Source: an uncultured delta proteobacterium
GTDB lineage: Bacteria > Myxococcota > Kuafuiibacteriia > Kuafuiibacteriales > Kuafuiibacteriaceae
Assembly (NCBI GenBank): GCA_963803435.1
Contig: CAWDML010000006.1
Location: 32,001 to 96,000, forward strand
Reading direction: 5' to 3'
Length of the DNA stretch: 64,000 nt
The first letter of the stretch is position 1. Every line of letters begins with the position of its first letter. The notes under the pieces were generated by a model. It saw only the letters and a list, made by a program, of their open reading frames with translations, ran no database searches and was not told the DNA's origin. Shown here one piece after another: positions 1-9,947 of this stretch. The position numbers were made by a program, and so were the translations under genes.

Positions 1-698
1 CCGACGTGATGCGGTCGATCATCGTCACGCGATACTGCAGCGCGATCACCAGGGCGAGCCAGAGGTCCCAGTCCTCGCAGACCTCCAGCGACTCGTCGAA
101 CCGCACGCTCGTCGAGCGGAAGCTCCGGACGATCACCGAACCCGTGTGCAAGAAGTTTGCGACCAGCAACCCGCGCGAGTCGTACGGATAGGCCTTGAGC
201 CGGAACCCCTTCAGGCTGGAGGGCGGCTCGCCTATTCGCCGATCGGAGACGATCGAGCCCAGATAGACGAAGTCGGCCTCTCCTCCCTCCAGCGCTCGGA
301 CGCCCGCATCCAGGTGCCCTGGGAGGAACAGGTCGTCGTCGTCGAGGAACGCGATGTACGTTCCGGCGGCCTCATCGATCCCGACGTTGCGAGCGACAGC
401 GGGGCCGCGACCGCCGTTGAGCTCGATGAACCTGATCTCCAGCTGGTCGTCGTTCCCGCGCGGACGCCCTCCGCGCTGCCGATGCCGCCGTTTTCGAAGG
501 AGCGAGTCCTCGAACGGAGCGCCGTCGTTGACGACGATGACCTCGACCGTACCGTCGAGCTCCTGCTCGGCCACGCTCGTCAGCGCCTCTTCGAGGAGCG
601 CGGGTCAATCGCGCGTCGGAATGATGACGCTGACCAACGGCCCGCCCGCCCGTCGAAGGGCGCCGGCGGTCATCTCGCTGGACTCCTGAAGCACCATG
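1..698 (-). pseudogene. GT2 glycosyltransferase, 3' end beyond window edge, in-frame TGA at 605-607
   Basis: Manual translation: MVLQESSEM..PLVSVIIPTRD*PALLEEAL..VIVVNDG..GPAVARNVGI..YIAFLDDDD..FDESLEVCEDWDLWL; the paralog at ~17.2 kb has CGA (Arg) at the stop position. Confidence 0.85.
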
Positions 699-699
699 G

Positions 700-1353
700 C
701 TAGCCCCCGCCGAGGTCGAACTGGGCCTCCACGCGGCGGTAGAGCTCATCCTCGGTGACCGAGGTATCGACGCGGATCAGCGGAAGGCCCGCCTGTTCGC
801 ACTCTCTCTCGAGGCGTTCCGTGAACATCCCATCGCGCACGAGCAGGTTGTGCAGGGCTCGCTCGGGATCGTGCGTCTTGTTGGGGATGCCCCAGAGCGT
901 CCCCCGGCTCTCGAACGCCGCACGGCGGAACTCGGGCGTCGGGATCAGCCAGACAGCCTGGTTCGGCCGCTCGAGCAGGGGGTGAAGAAGCCTCGGCAGC
1001 AACCGGAAACCTTCCACGACCACGCTCGGCTGCTCGGGAAGCGCGAGGAGATCCTCCACGATGAGATGGAAGCCTTCACCCCGGAACCAGTGGAACGTCT
1101 CGAGCATGACCTCGGGCGACCGGTTCACCCAGCGCTCGTCCATGTCCATCGCACCGAAGGCGCGGAGGTGCGGCGCGTTCTCCGAGGTGACGCGCTGGCC
1201 GTGGTCGCGCATCGCGTCGTCCGTCGAATAGAGATGCAGGCCGCGCTGCTCGGCCAGGCGAGCGGCGATGGTCGACTTCCCACCTCCGCTCCCGCCACCG
1301 ATCCAGTAGACGTGCCTCAGACGGCTCCGGAGGGCGGCGGCGTCGATGTTCAC
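700..1353 (-). CDS. P-loop NTPase / small-molecule kinase-like protein
   Basis: Walker A GGSGGGKS near N-terminus, VVVEG strand; likely GTG start overlaps GT4 stop (GTGA). Confidence 0.75.
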   Translation of the reverse strand: MNIDAAALRSRLRHVYWIGGGSGGGKSTIAARLAEQRGLHLYSTDDAMRDHGQRVTSENAPHLRAFGAMDMDERWVNRSPEVMLETFHWFRGEGFHLIVEDLLALPEQPSVVVEGFRLLPRLLHPLLERPNQAVWLIPTPEFRRAAFESRGTLWGIPNKTHDPERALHNLLVRDGMFTERLERECEQAGLPLIRVDTSVTEDELYRRVEAQFDLGGG

Positions 1354-2510
1354 CTCGATGTTCGATCCACTCGACGACAATTCATCGAATCGTACAGGGA
1401 TGCGTAGCGCCGGGCTATGTTCACCCAATCAAAATCTCGGATCGCCGTCTCACCGAAGGCCGGGAGCGTCGCGTCCAGCCCAGCGGCGATCTTCGAGGCG
1501 AGCGCAGCGACGTCGTATGGTTCCACCGAAGGGACCGAGGGGAACCTCCGCAAGATCTCCGGGACCTGATCGGTCACGATCAGCGGGCAGCGGCAAGCGA
1601 TCGCCTCCAGCGCCACCATGCAGAACGTCTCCAGCTTGTTCGACGGCACCACCATGACGTCCGCCGAACGGTAGTAGAGCGGCAGATCGTTGTGGGGGAC
1701 GAAGGGGAGAAACGTGGTCGCGGCCGCGATCCCGAGCTCTTCGGTCATGCGCGAGAGCTTCTCCCGGAGCGGTCCATCGCCGACGATCAGGAGCCGAGCC
1801 CGCCCGGGATCTTGCGACGCAAAGGCCGAGAGCAGGCTCTCGACGTTCTTGTCCGGCGCGAGGCGCCCGACGTACAGCACGAGGCCGCGCTCTTTGGGAA
1901 GGGCCAGTCGACGCCGGGCCTCGGCGCGGTCTCCCGGCGTGAAGTGCTCGAGATCGATGCCGGGCGGGATGACCTCAGCCGGAGGCAGACCGACCGCCGA
2001 GAGCTCCTCGGCCTGCGCCTCGCCGATGGCGACGACGGCGACCCGCTCTCTCATCCGCCTCCAGCGTCGCTCGGCAGCCGCTGGATCCTGCGGCTGCCAT
2101 CGGCCCAGCCGGCCCCAGTGCGTCACCACGAGCGGCCCCTGAAACCGATCCAACAACGACTCGCAGTCCTGGAGACCTTGGACGTGAACGACGTCGGACG
2201 AGCGGATGGCCGGCATCCTCGAGACCGCTTCGAGCCAGCCGCGGCGTCGCAGCCCCTTCCCCACTCGGCGCAGGCGCTCCGGACCGCGGGCGAAGAGCCG
2301 GTCGAGCCACAACGGCCACGAGAAGAACGTCGTGGTCACGCCGTCGAGACCTTCGAGGTACGGCATCCGGGGACCGCCCGCGAAGAGCTCGACGCCGACC
2401 CCGATGCGCGCGAGCGCCCGCGCCAGCTGGACCATCCCAATCTGTCCACCTGGAACGCCCGAGCCGCCGGGGACGCCGGCCTGGCTGCGCATGGTCAAGA
2501 CGACGTTCAT
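1350..2510 (-). CDS. GT4 glycosyltransferase
   Basis: LYVGRLAPDKNV, IVGDGP, ETFCMVALEA (EX7E), FDWVNIARRY. Confidence 0.92.
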   Translation of the reverse strand: MNVVLTMRSQAGVPGGSGVPGGQIGMVQLARALARIGVGVELFAGGPRMPYLEGLDGVTTTFFSWPLWLDRLFARGPERLRRVGKGLRRRGWLEAVSRMPAIRSSDVVHVQGLQDCESLLDRFQGPLVVTHWGRLGRWQPQDPAAAERRWRRMRERVAVVAIGEAQAEELSAVGLPPAEVIPPGIDLEHFTPGDRAEARRRLALPKERGLVLYVGRLAPDKNVESLLSAFASQDPGRARLLIVGDGPLREKLSRMTEELGIAAATTFLPFVPHNDLPLYYRSADVMVVPSNKLETFCMVALEAIACRCPLIVTDQVPEILRRFPSVPSVEPYDVAALASKIAAGLDATLPAFGETAIRDFDWVNIARRYASLYDSMNCRRVDRTSR

Positions 2511-3721
2511 CGCGGCTCTCGGCGCCCGTGTCTCTCGGCCCGCAGTCGAGCGGCGAGGCCGGGTTCGACGGCCGACATGCGATAAATCGAGACGCGCCCC
2601 CGATCCTCGCCGAACACCTCGGCGGGCAGCTCAATCCGCCAGACGATCTCGCCCTCTCAATCCAGCTCGAACGCGGCGCCGGCCGTGGAGTTCGTGACCA
2701 GCAGGTGGCCGTTCGCCAGCCGCTCGCAGCCGCCGGCCAGCGGACAGAAGAACGACTCCGGCGGGCTCGCGGTCCAGGCCCACACCGTCTCGCGCGTGGC
2801 TGGGTTCACCACCAGCAGGCGCGTACGCTCGAAGCCGGCGCCGTTGTCGTAGACGAGGATGTTTCCGTCCGGCAAGAGCGAGGGCTGGTGCGGACCCGAG
2901 AGCTCGCGAGGCCCCCACCACCAGCGCACGGAGCGATGGATCAGATCGACGATCGCGATGGTGTGGAGCTCTCGCATGCAGACCAGTGCACACCCGGGCC
3001 CGAAGCCCTGCCCGCGCTCGTCGAGCAGCTCGAGCGTGTTCGTGTGCATGGCATCGCACGGGGACCCTGGTAGATCGCGAAGCCGCCGGAGCGTTCGGCG
3101 TCGATCCCCCACCTCCTCCGCGGTCTCGAGGATGAAGCGCGTCTCCTCCACGACCTGGGGCGGCACCGCCATGGAGGCCGGCCAACCGCAGTGCGCGAAC
3201 CCCTCGCGTTTGCGCGCGATCGTCTCGTCGATCCCGACCCGCAGCGCAGCGTCCGTTCGCAGGAGATCGTAGAGCGACACCTCGCCCGTGATCGCGCCCG
3301 AGGCGTCGATCGAAGTGACGAGGTTGTCGAGGATCGTGGAGCCGACGTCGCCAACCTCGACGCGACGAGGAGCTTCACTCAGCACGTGGACACCGCCCGC
3401 AGGATCGATCGCGAGGTCGTGATGTGCCGCCACCTCGCACGACCATAGGAGCTCCGAGCTGGCGTCGAGCTTGAGCAGGGCCCGGAGCGGGACCACGGCG
3501 AAGAGGCTCCCGTCCGCGTCGACCTCCACGTGGTTCCAGCCGCGCAGGTAGCTCGGGGGGTCATCGGCAGCGCTGGGCTGCTCGGCGGAGTGGCCCCAGA
3601 GGTGAACGATCGCTCCGCTCCGATCGACGACGAAAGCCTTGGGGTGGGGATAGCAGGACGCGGGTGCGAACAGGAACCCGTAGGGTAGAACGCCCGCGGG
3701 CTCGACCCGCCGGCCGGTCAC
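2507..3721 (-). pseudogene. Arylsulfotransferase (ASST)-family beta-propeller with in-frame TGA at 2657-2659
   Basis: AHHDL, MHTNT, GPHQP, LVYDNG, GGCERLANGHLLVT; frame continues past TGA (FELD*EGEIVWRIELP) to a stop overlapping the GT4 ATG. Confidence 0.8.
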
Positions 3722-3769
3722 GTTGACGCTCCGCGGGGCAACTGATGTGCTGTTCGTCGAACCGCGATC

Positions 3770-4333
3770 ATGGATGGAACGCCGCTACCCCAGCTGATCA
3801 TCGTGAGCGGACGCCCAGGCTCCGGGAAGACGACCCTCGCACTCGCGCTGGCTCGAGCCCTGCCATGTCCAATGGTATCACGCGACGCGATCAAGGACGG
3901 CCTCTCGGAGACCTACCGGCACACCGGAGCAGCCGGCGCGGAGAGCGAGCTGACCGCGCGTACCTTCGACATCTTCTTCCGGTCGATCGAGCTGTTCGTC
4001 TCCGGCGGAGCGACCCTCGTCGCCGAAGCGGCGTTCCAGGACAAGCGCTGGCGTCATGGGCTGAACCGGGTGATCACGCCGGCCGCCCTCAAGATCGTGC
4101 ACTGCGAGGTCGACGCCGAGGTCGCCCGTGAGCGCGTCTACCAGCGCCGGCTCGAGGAGTTTCATACCCGGCCGTACGCCCCGGGTCGCCCCGAGTCGGC
4201 CGACCAGGTACCCCGGCCTTCGGTGCGCCTTTTCGAGCCGTTGTCGTTGCCGGTCCCAGCGTTGAGCGTCGACACCACCTCCCGGCGATACGCTCCACCG
4301 TTCGAGGAGATCGTCGCGTTCGCCCTGGCCTAG
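3770..4333 (+). CDS. AAA_33-type P-loop kinase
   Basis: IIVSGRPGSGKTT, SRDAIKD, LVAEAAF. Confidence 0.8.
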   Translation: MDGTPLPQLIIVSGRPGSGKTTLALALARALPCPMVSRDAIKDGLSETYRHTGAAGAESELTARTFDIFFRSIELFVSGGATLVAEAAFQDKRWRHGLNRVITPAALKIVHCEVDAEVARERVYQRRLEEFHTRPYAPGRPESADQVPRPSVRLFEPLSLPVPALSVDTTSRRYAPPFEEIVAFALA

Positions 4334-4406
4334 GCTTCGTGTAAGCGTCCGAAATTGTCGCCATTGGGATTCCGGTGATAAACCGATCGTCGGAGGATCG
4401 GACGAA

Positions 4407-5633
4407 ATGGCGGTGTCTGATCAGCTCCAGACCTCTCCGTACCTGACGATCGTCCTGCCCGGCTCACCCAGCCCGATCGTCTATGCGGTGGACGAGCTGG
4501 AACCGGTGCGCCCCGACGTCACGCCGCCCAGCGGTGCGGCGTTCGGCGTGATCGACCTGGGCCGGAGGGTCTCTTGGCATCACGATCCGTCGGCGCTCGA
4601 CGCGTTGCAGGCGGCAGCAGCGCGCGCCGTGGCGCGCGAGTCCTTGGTCTCCACGTACGGCACCGGAGTCGTCTCCGACCTCGTCTCCCGAGCGTGGCTG
4701 CAGCGTCCCGACGAGCTCTGCCAGGAGTACCAGGTCACGACCGCACAGATCGAGGTCACGGCTCATTGCAACTGGGGTTGCAAGTTCTGTCCGGTCTCTC
4801 TCGACCCGAAACCGTCGGCGACGATGCCGATGTCGCTGTTCGAGGAGATCATCGAGAAGATCTCGGTCCATGAGACGCTTCGGTTCGTCACGTTCCACTT
4901 CTACAACGAGCCGTCCCTCGACCGCTTCTTCGAGGAGCGGCTCACCGTGCTCCAGCGCTACGGGATCCGCCTGTATCTCTACACAAACGCCAGCGGGCTG
5001 AACGCCTCGAAGCTCGACGCCATCGAGCGCACCGGTGTGGTGGACGTTCTCGCGGTCAACCTGCCGGCGATCGAGAGAAGCGAGTTCATCGAGCTGAGCC
5101 AATCCAGCACGTATGAGCGGAGCGTGCAGAACCTCGAGGCGGCGATCGAGCGCGGCATCCCCGTGACGATCATGGTGAACGGTGCTCACGGCGACGTCGA
5201 CCGCCGCGTCGCCGAGCTGAGACTTCGCTACGAGCCGCTCGGCGCGAAGGTCGTCGCCACTCTGCTCTCCGATCGCGCCGGAGCGCTCGGCGGGATCTAT
5301 CACCAGGGCGTTCGGATCGAGGGCCCCCTCCGCGGCTGCTCCTGGCCGGTGAATCATCTCCACTTCTCGGTCAAAGGGGACCTCTTCCTCTGCTGCAACG
5401 ACTTCTTCCAGCGCGAGGTGTTCGGGAACATCGAGTCCGGCTCCGTCCACGAGCTCATGTCGAGCCGCCGAGCGATCGAGGTCCGCCAGCGCGTCTTCGG
5501 CGTCGCAGAGGCTTCGGCCGATCACGTGTGCCGCAGCTGCCACGATCAGCTGCTCGACTTTCCGCGGCGTCAGTTCCGGCCGCTCGCCAGCTTCCCGGTG
5601 GCGTCGAGCGACCGGTGTCGGAGCAGGCGGTGA
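4407..5633 (+). CDS. Radical SAM enzyme with C-terminal SPASM/Twitch domain
   Basis: CNWGCKFC (CX3CX2C), YNEP, YTNA, C-terminal CSWP..LCCND..FGNI..CRSC. Confidence 0.92.
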   Translation: MAVSDQLQTSPYLTIVLPGSPSPIVYAVDELEPVRPDVTPPSGAAFGVIDLGRRVSWHHDPSALDALQAAAARAVARESLVSTYGTGVVSDLVSRAWLQRPDELCQEYQVTTAQIEVTAHCNWGCKFCPVSLDPKPSATMPMSLFEEIIEKISVHETLRFVTFHFYNEPSLDRFFEERLTVLQRYGIRLYLYTNASGLNASKLDAIERTGVVDVLAVNLPAIERSEFIELSQSSTYERSVQNLEAAIERGIPVTIMVNGAHGDVDRRVAELRLRYEPLGAKVVATLLSDRAGALGGIYHQGVRIEGPLRGCSWPVNHLHFSVKGDLFLCCNDFFQREVFGNIESGSVHELMSSRRAIEVRQRVFGVAEASADHVCRSCHDQLLDFPRRQFRPLASFPVASSDRCRSRR

Positions 5634-5635
5634 CC

Positions 5636-6613
5636 ATGAGCGAGCTCGTTCGAGTCTGGTATGTGTCGGCGCAGCGGCTGTGCAACTTCCGCTGCTCGTA
5701 CTGCGTCTCCGTCGACGACTACGCCAAGAGCAACACCGAAGACTGGGCCGACGAGCAGGAGCGGCTTCGCTTTCAGCAGATCGTGCGCTGGATCGCCGCT
5801 CGGCCGTTCCAAGTGGGGGTCCGGCTCGCAACGCTGGGCGAACCGTTCGCCTCTCGCGTCTTTCTGACCGAGGCCGCCTGGCTGAGCGCTCGGCCGAACG
5901 TCGAGTACGTGGAGCTCCTCACGAACGGTTCGCTGCTCGACCGGCGCCTCTCACAGCTGGAGGCGGAGGGCGACCTCCGCAAGATCTCGCTCTGGATCAC
6001 CTACCACCCGGGCGAGATCCGCCTGTCGCGGTTCATCGCCAACGCCCGCCTCGCGCACGAGCGCTACGGCTGCTTCGTAGTGGTAAACGGCCTCCTCTTC
6101 CCGGACAACGAGGCCTCGATCATGAAGCTCAAGGCGGCAGTCGACGACGCGGGCCTGCGCTTCAACCTCGACCTCGGCTACGACCCCCTCACCCCCTCCG
6201 GAGCCCTCGGCACGCTGGGGGAGATGGTGCCGCTGTTCCGGCGCGGAGGCGACGGGATGGAGCGTGCGATCCGGCTCGGCGCCAACCCCGAGCTGCTCGA
6301 GCTCAACGTCTCGGCGCTGCGCAACCTCGACGATCGGCCCTGCCGCGCCGGTCACGACTACTTCTACATCGGCATCCGGGGCGACGCGTATCGTTGCTCT
6401 CGCTACCAAGCGCTCGGCCTCGAGCGCATCGGAAACGTCCTCGACGAGGGCTTCGAGCTTCGACTCAACGAGGCGCGATGGGCTCCCTGCCGAGCCGGCT
6501 TCGGCTGCGGCAACAAGGAGGACTTCCTGAACCTGCACGACGACCACGCCCGAGCGAGCGCTCCGAGCCTGGGCTGGTTGAGCAGACGGGAGAGCCAGAC
6601 GTCATGCGCATAG
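5636..6613 (+). CDS. Radical SAM enzyme with Cys-rich C-terminal (Twitch-like) domain
   Basis: CNFRCSYC, LGEPF, LTNGS, CRAG..GDAYRC..IGNV..C..C; start region overlaps upstream stop. Confidence 0.9.
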   Translation: MSELVRVWYVSAQRLCNFRCSYCVSVDDYAKSNTEDWADEQERLRFQQIVRWIAARPFQVGVRLATLGEPFASRVFLTEAAWLSARPNVEYVELLTNGSLLDRRLSQLEAEGDLRKISLWITYHPGEIRLSRFIANARLAHERYGCFVVVNGLLFPDNEASIMKLKAAVDDAGLRFNLDLGYDPLTPSGALGTLGEMVPLFRRGGDGMERAIRLGANPELLELNVSALRNLDDRPCRAGHDYFYIGIRGDAYRCSRYQALGLERIGNVLDEGFELRLNEARWAPCRAGFGCGNKEDFLNLHDDHARASAPSLGWLSRRESQTSCA

Positions 6614-7344
6614 AGCAGCTCACCTGGCAGGAGTACGCGGAGGTGATCGCTCACCGGATCGTCGTGCTGCCCATCGGCGCCATCGACGCGCACGGCCCCC
6701 ATCTTCCGCTCTCCACGGACACCATCATCTCCTCGTACCTCGCGAAGGCGCTGGAGCGGCACCTCGACGTGCTGGTTCTGCCGGCCATCCCCTACGGGAG
6801 AAGGACGGACGCTCGGGCGGGCGGAGGACAGTTTCCGGGTGTGACGAACCTGAGGGCCTCGACGCTGATGAGCTTGGTGCTGGACGTGCTTCGCGCCTCC
6901 CATTGCCACGGGGCCCGGCGCTTCGTCCTCCTCGACTCTCACATGGCCAATCTCCAGACGGTTCACGAGGCGGCCGAGCTCTTCGTGGAGGACGCGCCCG
7001 ACGCTCGACTCATGGTGGTCAGCTGGTGGGACGTGGTCTCCGAGGAGAGCCGAAACGACATCGCTCGGGAGACCGGCGTCGGCCGGCACGAGGATCACCA
7101 CGCAGCCATGGTGGAGACGAGCTTGACCATGTACGCGGCGCCCGGAGCCGTTCGCACGGACCTGCTCCGCGACGACATCCCGCCCCGTCGTTCGCGCTAC
7201 ATGGTCATCCCGGCACCCGACGATCTGAGGACGACGAGCGGTGTGGTCTACCGTGCGAGCCGAGCCAGCCCGGAGATCGGAGAGCGACTGATGAAGGAGA
7301 TCGTCTCGAACCTGGTCGACGCCGTGAAGCTAGAGCTGGCGTGA
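6604..7344 (+). CDS. Creatininase-family amidohydrolase
   Basis: LTWQEY, LPIGAIDAHGPHLPLSTD, DSHMAN, HHAAMVETS. Confidence 0.9.
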   Translation: MRIEQLTWQEYAEVIAHRIVVLPIGAIDAHGPHLPLSTDTIISSYLAKALERHLDVLVLPAIPYGRRTDARAGGGQFPGVTNLRASTLMSLVLDVLRASHCHGARRFVLLDSHMANLQTVHEAAELFVEDAPDARLMVVSWWDVVSEESRNDIARETGVGRHEDHHAAMVETSLTMYAAPGAVRTDLLRDDIPPRRSRYMVIPAPDDLRTTSGVVYRASRASPEIGERLMKEIVSNLVDAVKLELA

Positions 7345-7352
7345 CCTCGAGG

Positions 7353-8204
7353 ATGAGCATGCAAGCGGTCATCACGGATCTCGACGGTACGGTGGTCGAC
7401 GAGGGGGGACGCATCAGCGCGAGGACGGTCGCCGCCATGGCGAGCCTCTCGAGCCGCGGGATCCCGTTGATCCTCGCCACCGCGCGCAGCCCCGCCTGGG
7501 TCATGGCGAAGGAGGAGCTGGTGCGCTGGACAACCGTGGCCGTCTGCTGCGGCGGCAGCGTGGTCTGGTCCCCGAAGGATCGACGGATTCTCCGGCGCGA
7601 GACGATCCCACGAGCGAAGGTCGAGAGCGTCGTGAACGTGGTGCGGGCCGTTCCGACGGCGGGCATCGCGACCTACGACGGAGACCGCTGGCGCGGTACC
7701 GCGATCTTTCACGAGCTCGGTCCTCGACGGCCTGGTCTGTTCGAGATCGTGGGCATCGAGACCCTGGAGCGAGCGACCGCGTGCGCGATCTCCATCTGGG
7801 CGCCTTCGCACGAGGCGCGCGCGGCGCTGTGGACCACGCTCTCCCAGATCGACACCCAGCGGCTGAGGATCTCCGGAGCCGGTGGCAACACCATCAATCT
7901 CGGCCCGACCGGGATCGACAAGGCCGTCGGTCTGCGGTGGGCGCTGGAGCGCGTGCGCGTGGAGCCGACGCTGACCATCGCGTTCGGAGACGGTCCGGCG
8001 GACCTTCCGATGTTCGCGCTCTGTGGACAGAGTGTTGCAGTCGCAAACGCGCATCCCGACGTGCTGGCGGCGGCAACCATCCGCGGACCGTGCGTGCACG
8101 AGGACTGCTTCGCCTCCACGCTGCGCGATCTCGGAGTCCTGGACTACGAGGAGGAGCAGGAGGAGCACGTGGCACCGGCCTGCTCGTGTCCACAGGTCGG
8201 TTGA
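7353..8204 (+). CDS. Cof-type HAD hydrolase (phosphatase)
   Basis: TDLDGT, ATARS, DKAVG, FGDGPADLPMF. Confidence 0.9.
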   Translation: MSMQAVITDLDGTVVDEGGRISARTVAAMASLSSRGIPLILATARSPAWVMAKEELVRWTTVAVCCGGSVVWSPKDRRILRRETIPRAKVESVVNVVRAVPTAGIATYDGDRWRGTAIFHELGPRRPGLFEIVGIETLERATACAISIWAPSHEARAALWTTLSQIDTQRLRISGAGGNTINLGPTGIDKAVGLRWALERVRVEPTLTIAFGDGPADLPMFALCGQSVAVANAHPDVLAAATIRGPCVHEDCFASTLRDLGVLDYEEEQEEHVAPACSCPQVG

Positions 8205-8245
8205 TCGCCGAACCCACCTCGCCCATTCATCCGATAACGAGCACG

Positions 8246-9287
8246 ATGGCGGAGGTCAGAGCGCTCGGTGCACCGTCCATCACGGCCCTCCTCTCGTCGG
8301 ACGATCTCGGCGAGAGACCGACACCGCGTGGAAGCGGAGCGCGAGGGAGCATCGCTCTGGACACGTTCGCGCCGCGGTGGGCCGAGGAGGCCGCGCTGGA
8401 GCTGCGGTCGAACCGCCTGTTTCCCCGGCTCCACTGGACCCGATGCGAGGTCCCTGGTCGAGCCGCGCGGCTCGAGTTCTTCGCGCTCGACGACTATCTC
8501 GGAACCTTCTACCTCGACGGGCGGATCTACGAGGCCAACCTGCTCCAGTTCCTGTTCGAGAAGCTCCGCGGTCACGGACCGGAGATGCACCTGGTGAACG
8601 CGGGATGTAACGTCGGCATCCACGCCAAGTACGCCCGCGAGGTCTGTGGCGTCGGCCGCGTCACGGCCATCGAAGCAGAATCCGGCCATCGCCCAGATCG
8701 CGTCCAAGAACCTGCGGTGCAAGAGCTCGAAGGGTCAGGTCCAAGTCTTGAACCTCGCCGTGGGCGACGAGGAAGGGACCGTCGGGTTCCAGCGGAGCAG
8801 CGACAGCAACTCGGGCATCGGTCACGTCGACGACGACGGGGACATTCGCGTCCGAATGAGCACGCTCGACCGCTTGTTCGCCGACGAGAACGTAGACGTC
8901 ATGATCATCGACGTCGAGGGTCTCGGGGCGCAGGCGCTGGAAGGGGCGACGAAGATCATCGCTCGAGACCGGCCGGTCATCTTCATCGAAGCCGCCCGGA
9001 GCGGGGACTACGGCCGAGAGCTGCAGCGGGTGAACAAGGTGATGAAGGGCTGCGGATACGAACCGATGCCGACGAGCTTCGGATACCCCCGCGCGCCCGT
9101 CCGCCTGTACGTTCCCCCGGAGAAGCTCGAAGCCTGGCGACCGGAGCACGACTCCAGGCGGCGCAGCCTGCGGTGGGCGCTCCGCGTGGAGGAGGCGCTG
9201 CGCTACAACGCTCAGCTCGCACTCCATCGGTTGGGTCGCGGGCTCCTCGGCCCGCCTCGGCAGCACCGCCTGTGGCCCGAGGCCTGA
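8246..9287 (+). CDS. FkbM-family methyltransferase, frameshift near 8680
   Basis: YEANL, NAGCNVGIH, VTAIEA then second frame LNLAVGD, TLDRL, IIDVEG, RPVIFIE. Confidence 0.75.
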
Positions 9288-9296
9288 CGAGCGAAG

Positions 9297-9938
9297 CTAC
9301 TGTTTGCGCATCATGGCGAACGGGAGATCGCTGTTGCCGACGAGCACGGTCATCTTCTCCGGCTTGTCCGCCAGAAAGTCGTCGCACGCCGTCTTGACGC
9401 CGGGGAGCTTGTCCCAGGCGCGCGGGGACCGCACCGGATCGGCATAGTCGTCGACGATCACGATCCCCTTGGGCGACAACCGTGGATAGACGTACTCCAG
9501 GCTGATCATGATCGAGTCGTAGAAGTCGCTGTCGAGGTACGCGAAGGCCACGCGCTCCGGAAACGAGGCGGGAAACGTCTCCTCGAACCATCCCTTGTGA
9601 ACACAGGGCGCTCTGAGCGAACGCCTGGTGAACTCGCTCAGGACATCATCGACGGTGGCCTTCAGCTCGCCCTTCTCGAAATGGCCGTCCTGGGCCCCGG
9701 GCGCCGGCAGGCCCTCGAAGCTGTCGTAGAGGTGCAGCTCGCGCGTCGGGTCGAAGTGGTCGATCAGGATCTGAAAGAAGGCGCTGGTCCTCCCTCCGTT
9801 ACAGCCGAGATCGACGATCGCGCCCGGGACCTCGTGGACCAGGACGGACGATACCGCCCAGTAGAGGTTCACCAGCCGCTCGACGCTGCACATATGCGGG
9901 TTCTGTGCCGCCAGCTCGTAGATGATCGTGGTGTCCAT
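9297..9938 (-). CDS. TylF/MycF/NovP-family O-methyltransferase
   Basis: VPGAIVDLGCNGG, YDSFEGLP, KGWFEETF, LDSDFYDS, IVDDY. Confidence 0.92.
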   Translation of the reverse strand: MDTTIIYELAAQNPHMCSVERLVNLYWAVSSVLVHEVPGAIVDLGCNGGRTSAFFQILIDHFDPTRELHLYDSFEGLPAPGAQDGHFEKGELKATVDDVLSEFTRRSLRAPCVHKGWFEETFPASFPERVAFAYLDSDFYDSIMISLEYVYPRLSPKGIVIVDDYADPVRSPRAWDKLPGVKTACDDFLADKPEKMTVLVGNSDLPFAMMRKQ

Positions 9939-9947
9939 GGGTCTCCT

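Noticed and set aside
605-2659. TGA recoding (selenocysteine or alternative genetic code)
   Set aside because: Paralog has Arg CGA at the site, positions are not catalytic Cys, and TGA is the normal stop for many genes here
4407-7344. Mycofactocin-like RiPP locus (radical SAM + creatininase)
   Set aside because: No MftA-like precursor or MftB; rSAMs and neighbours look sugar-directed
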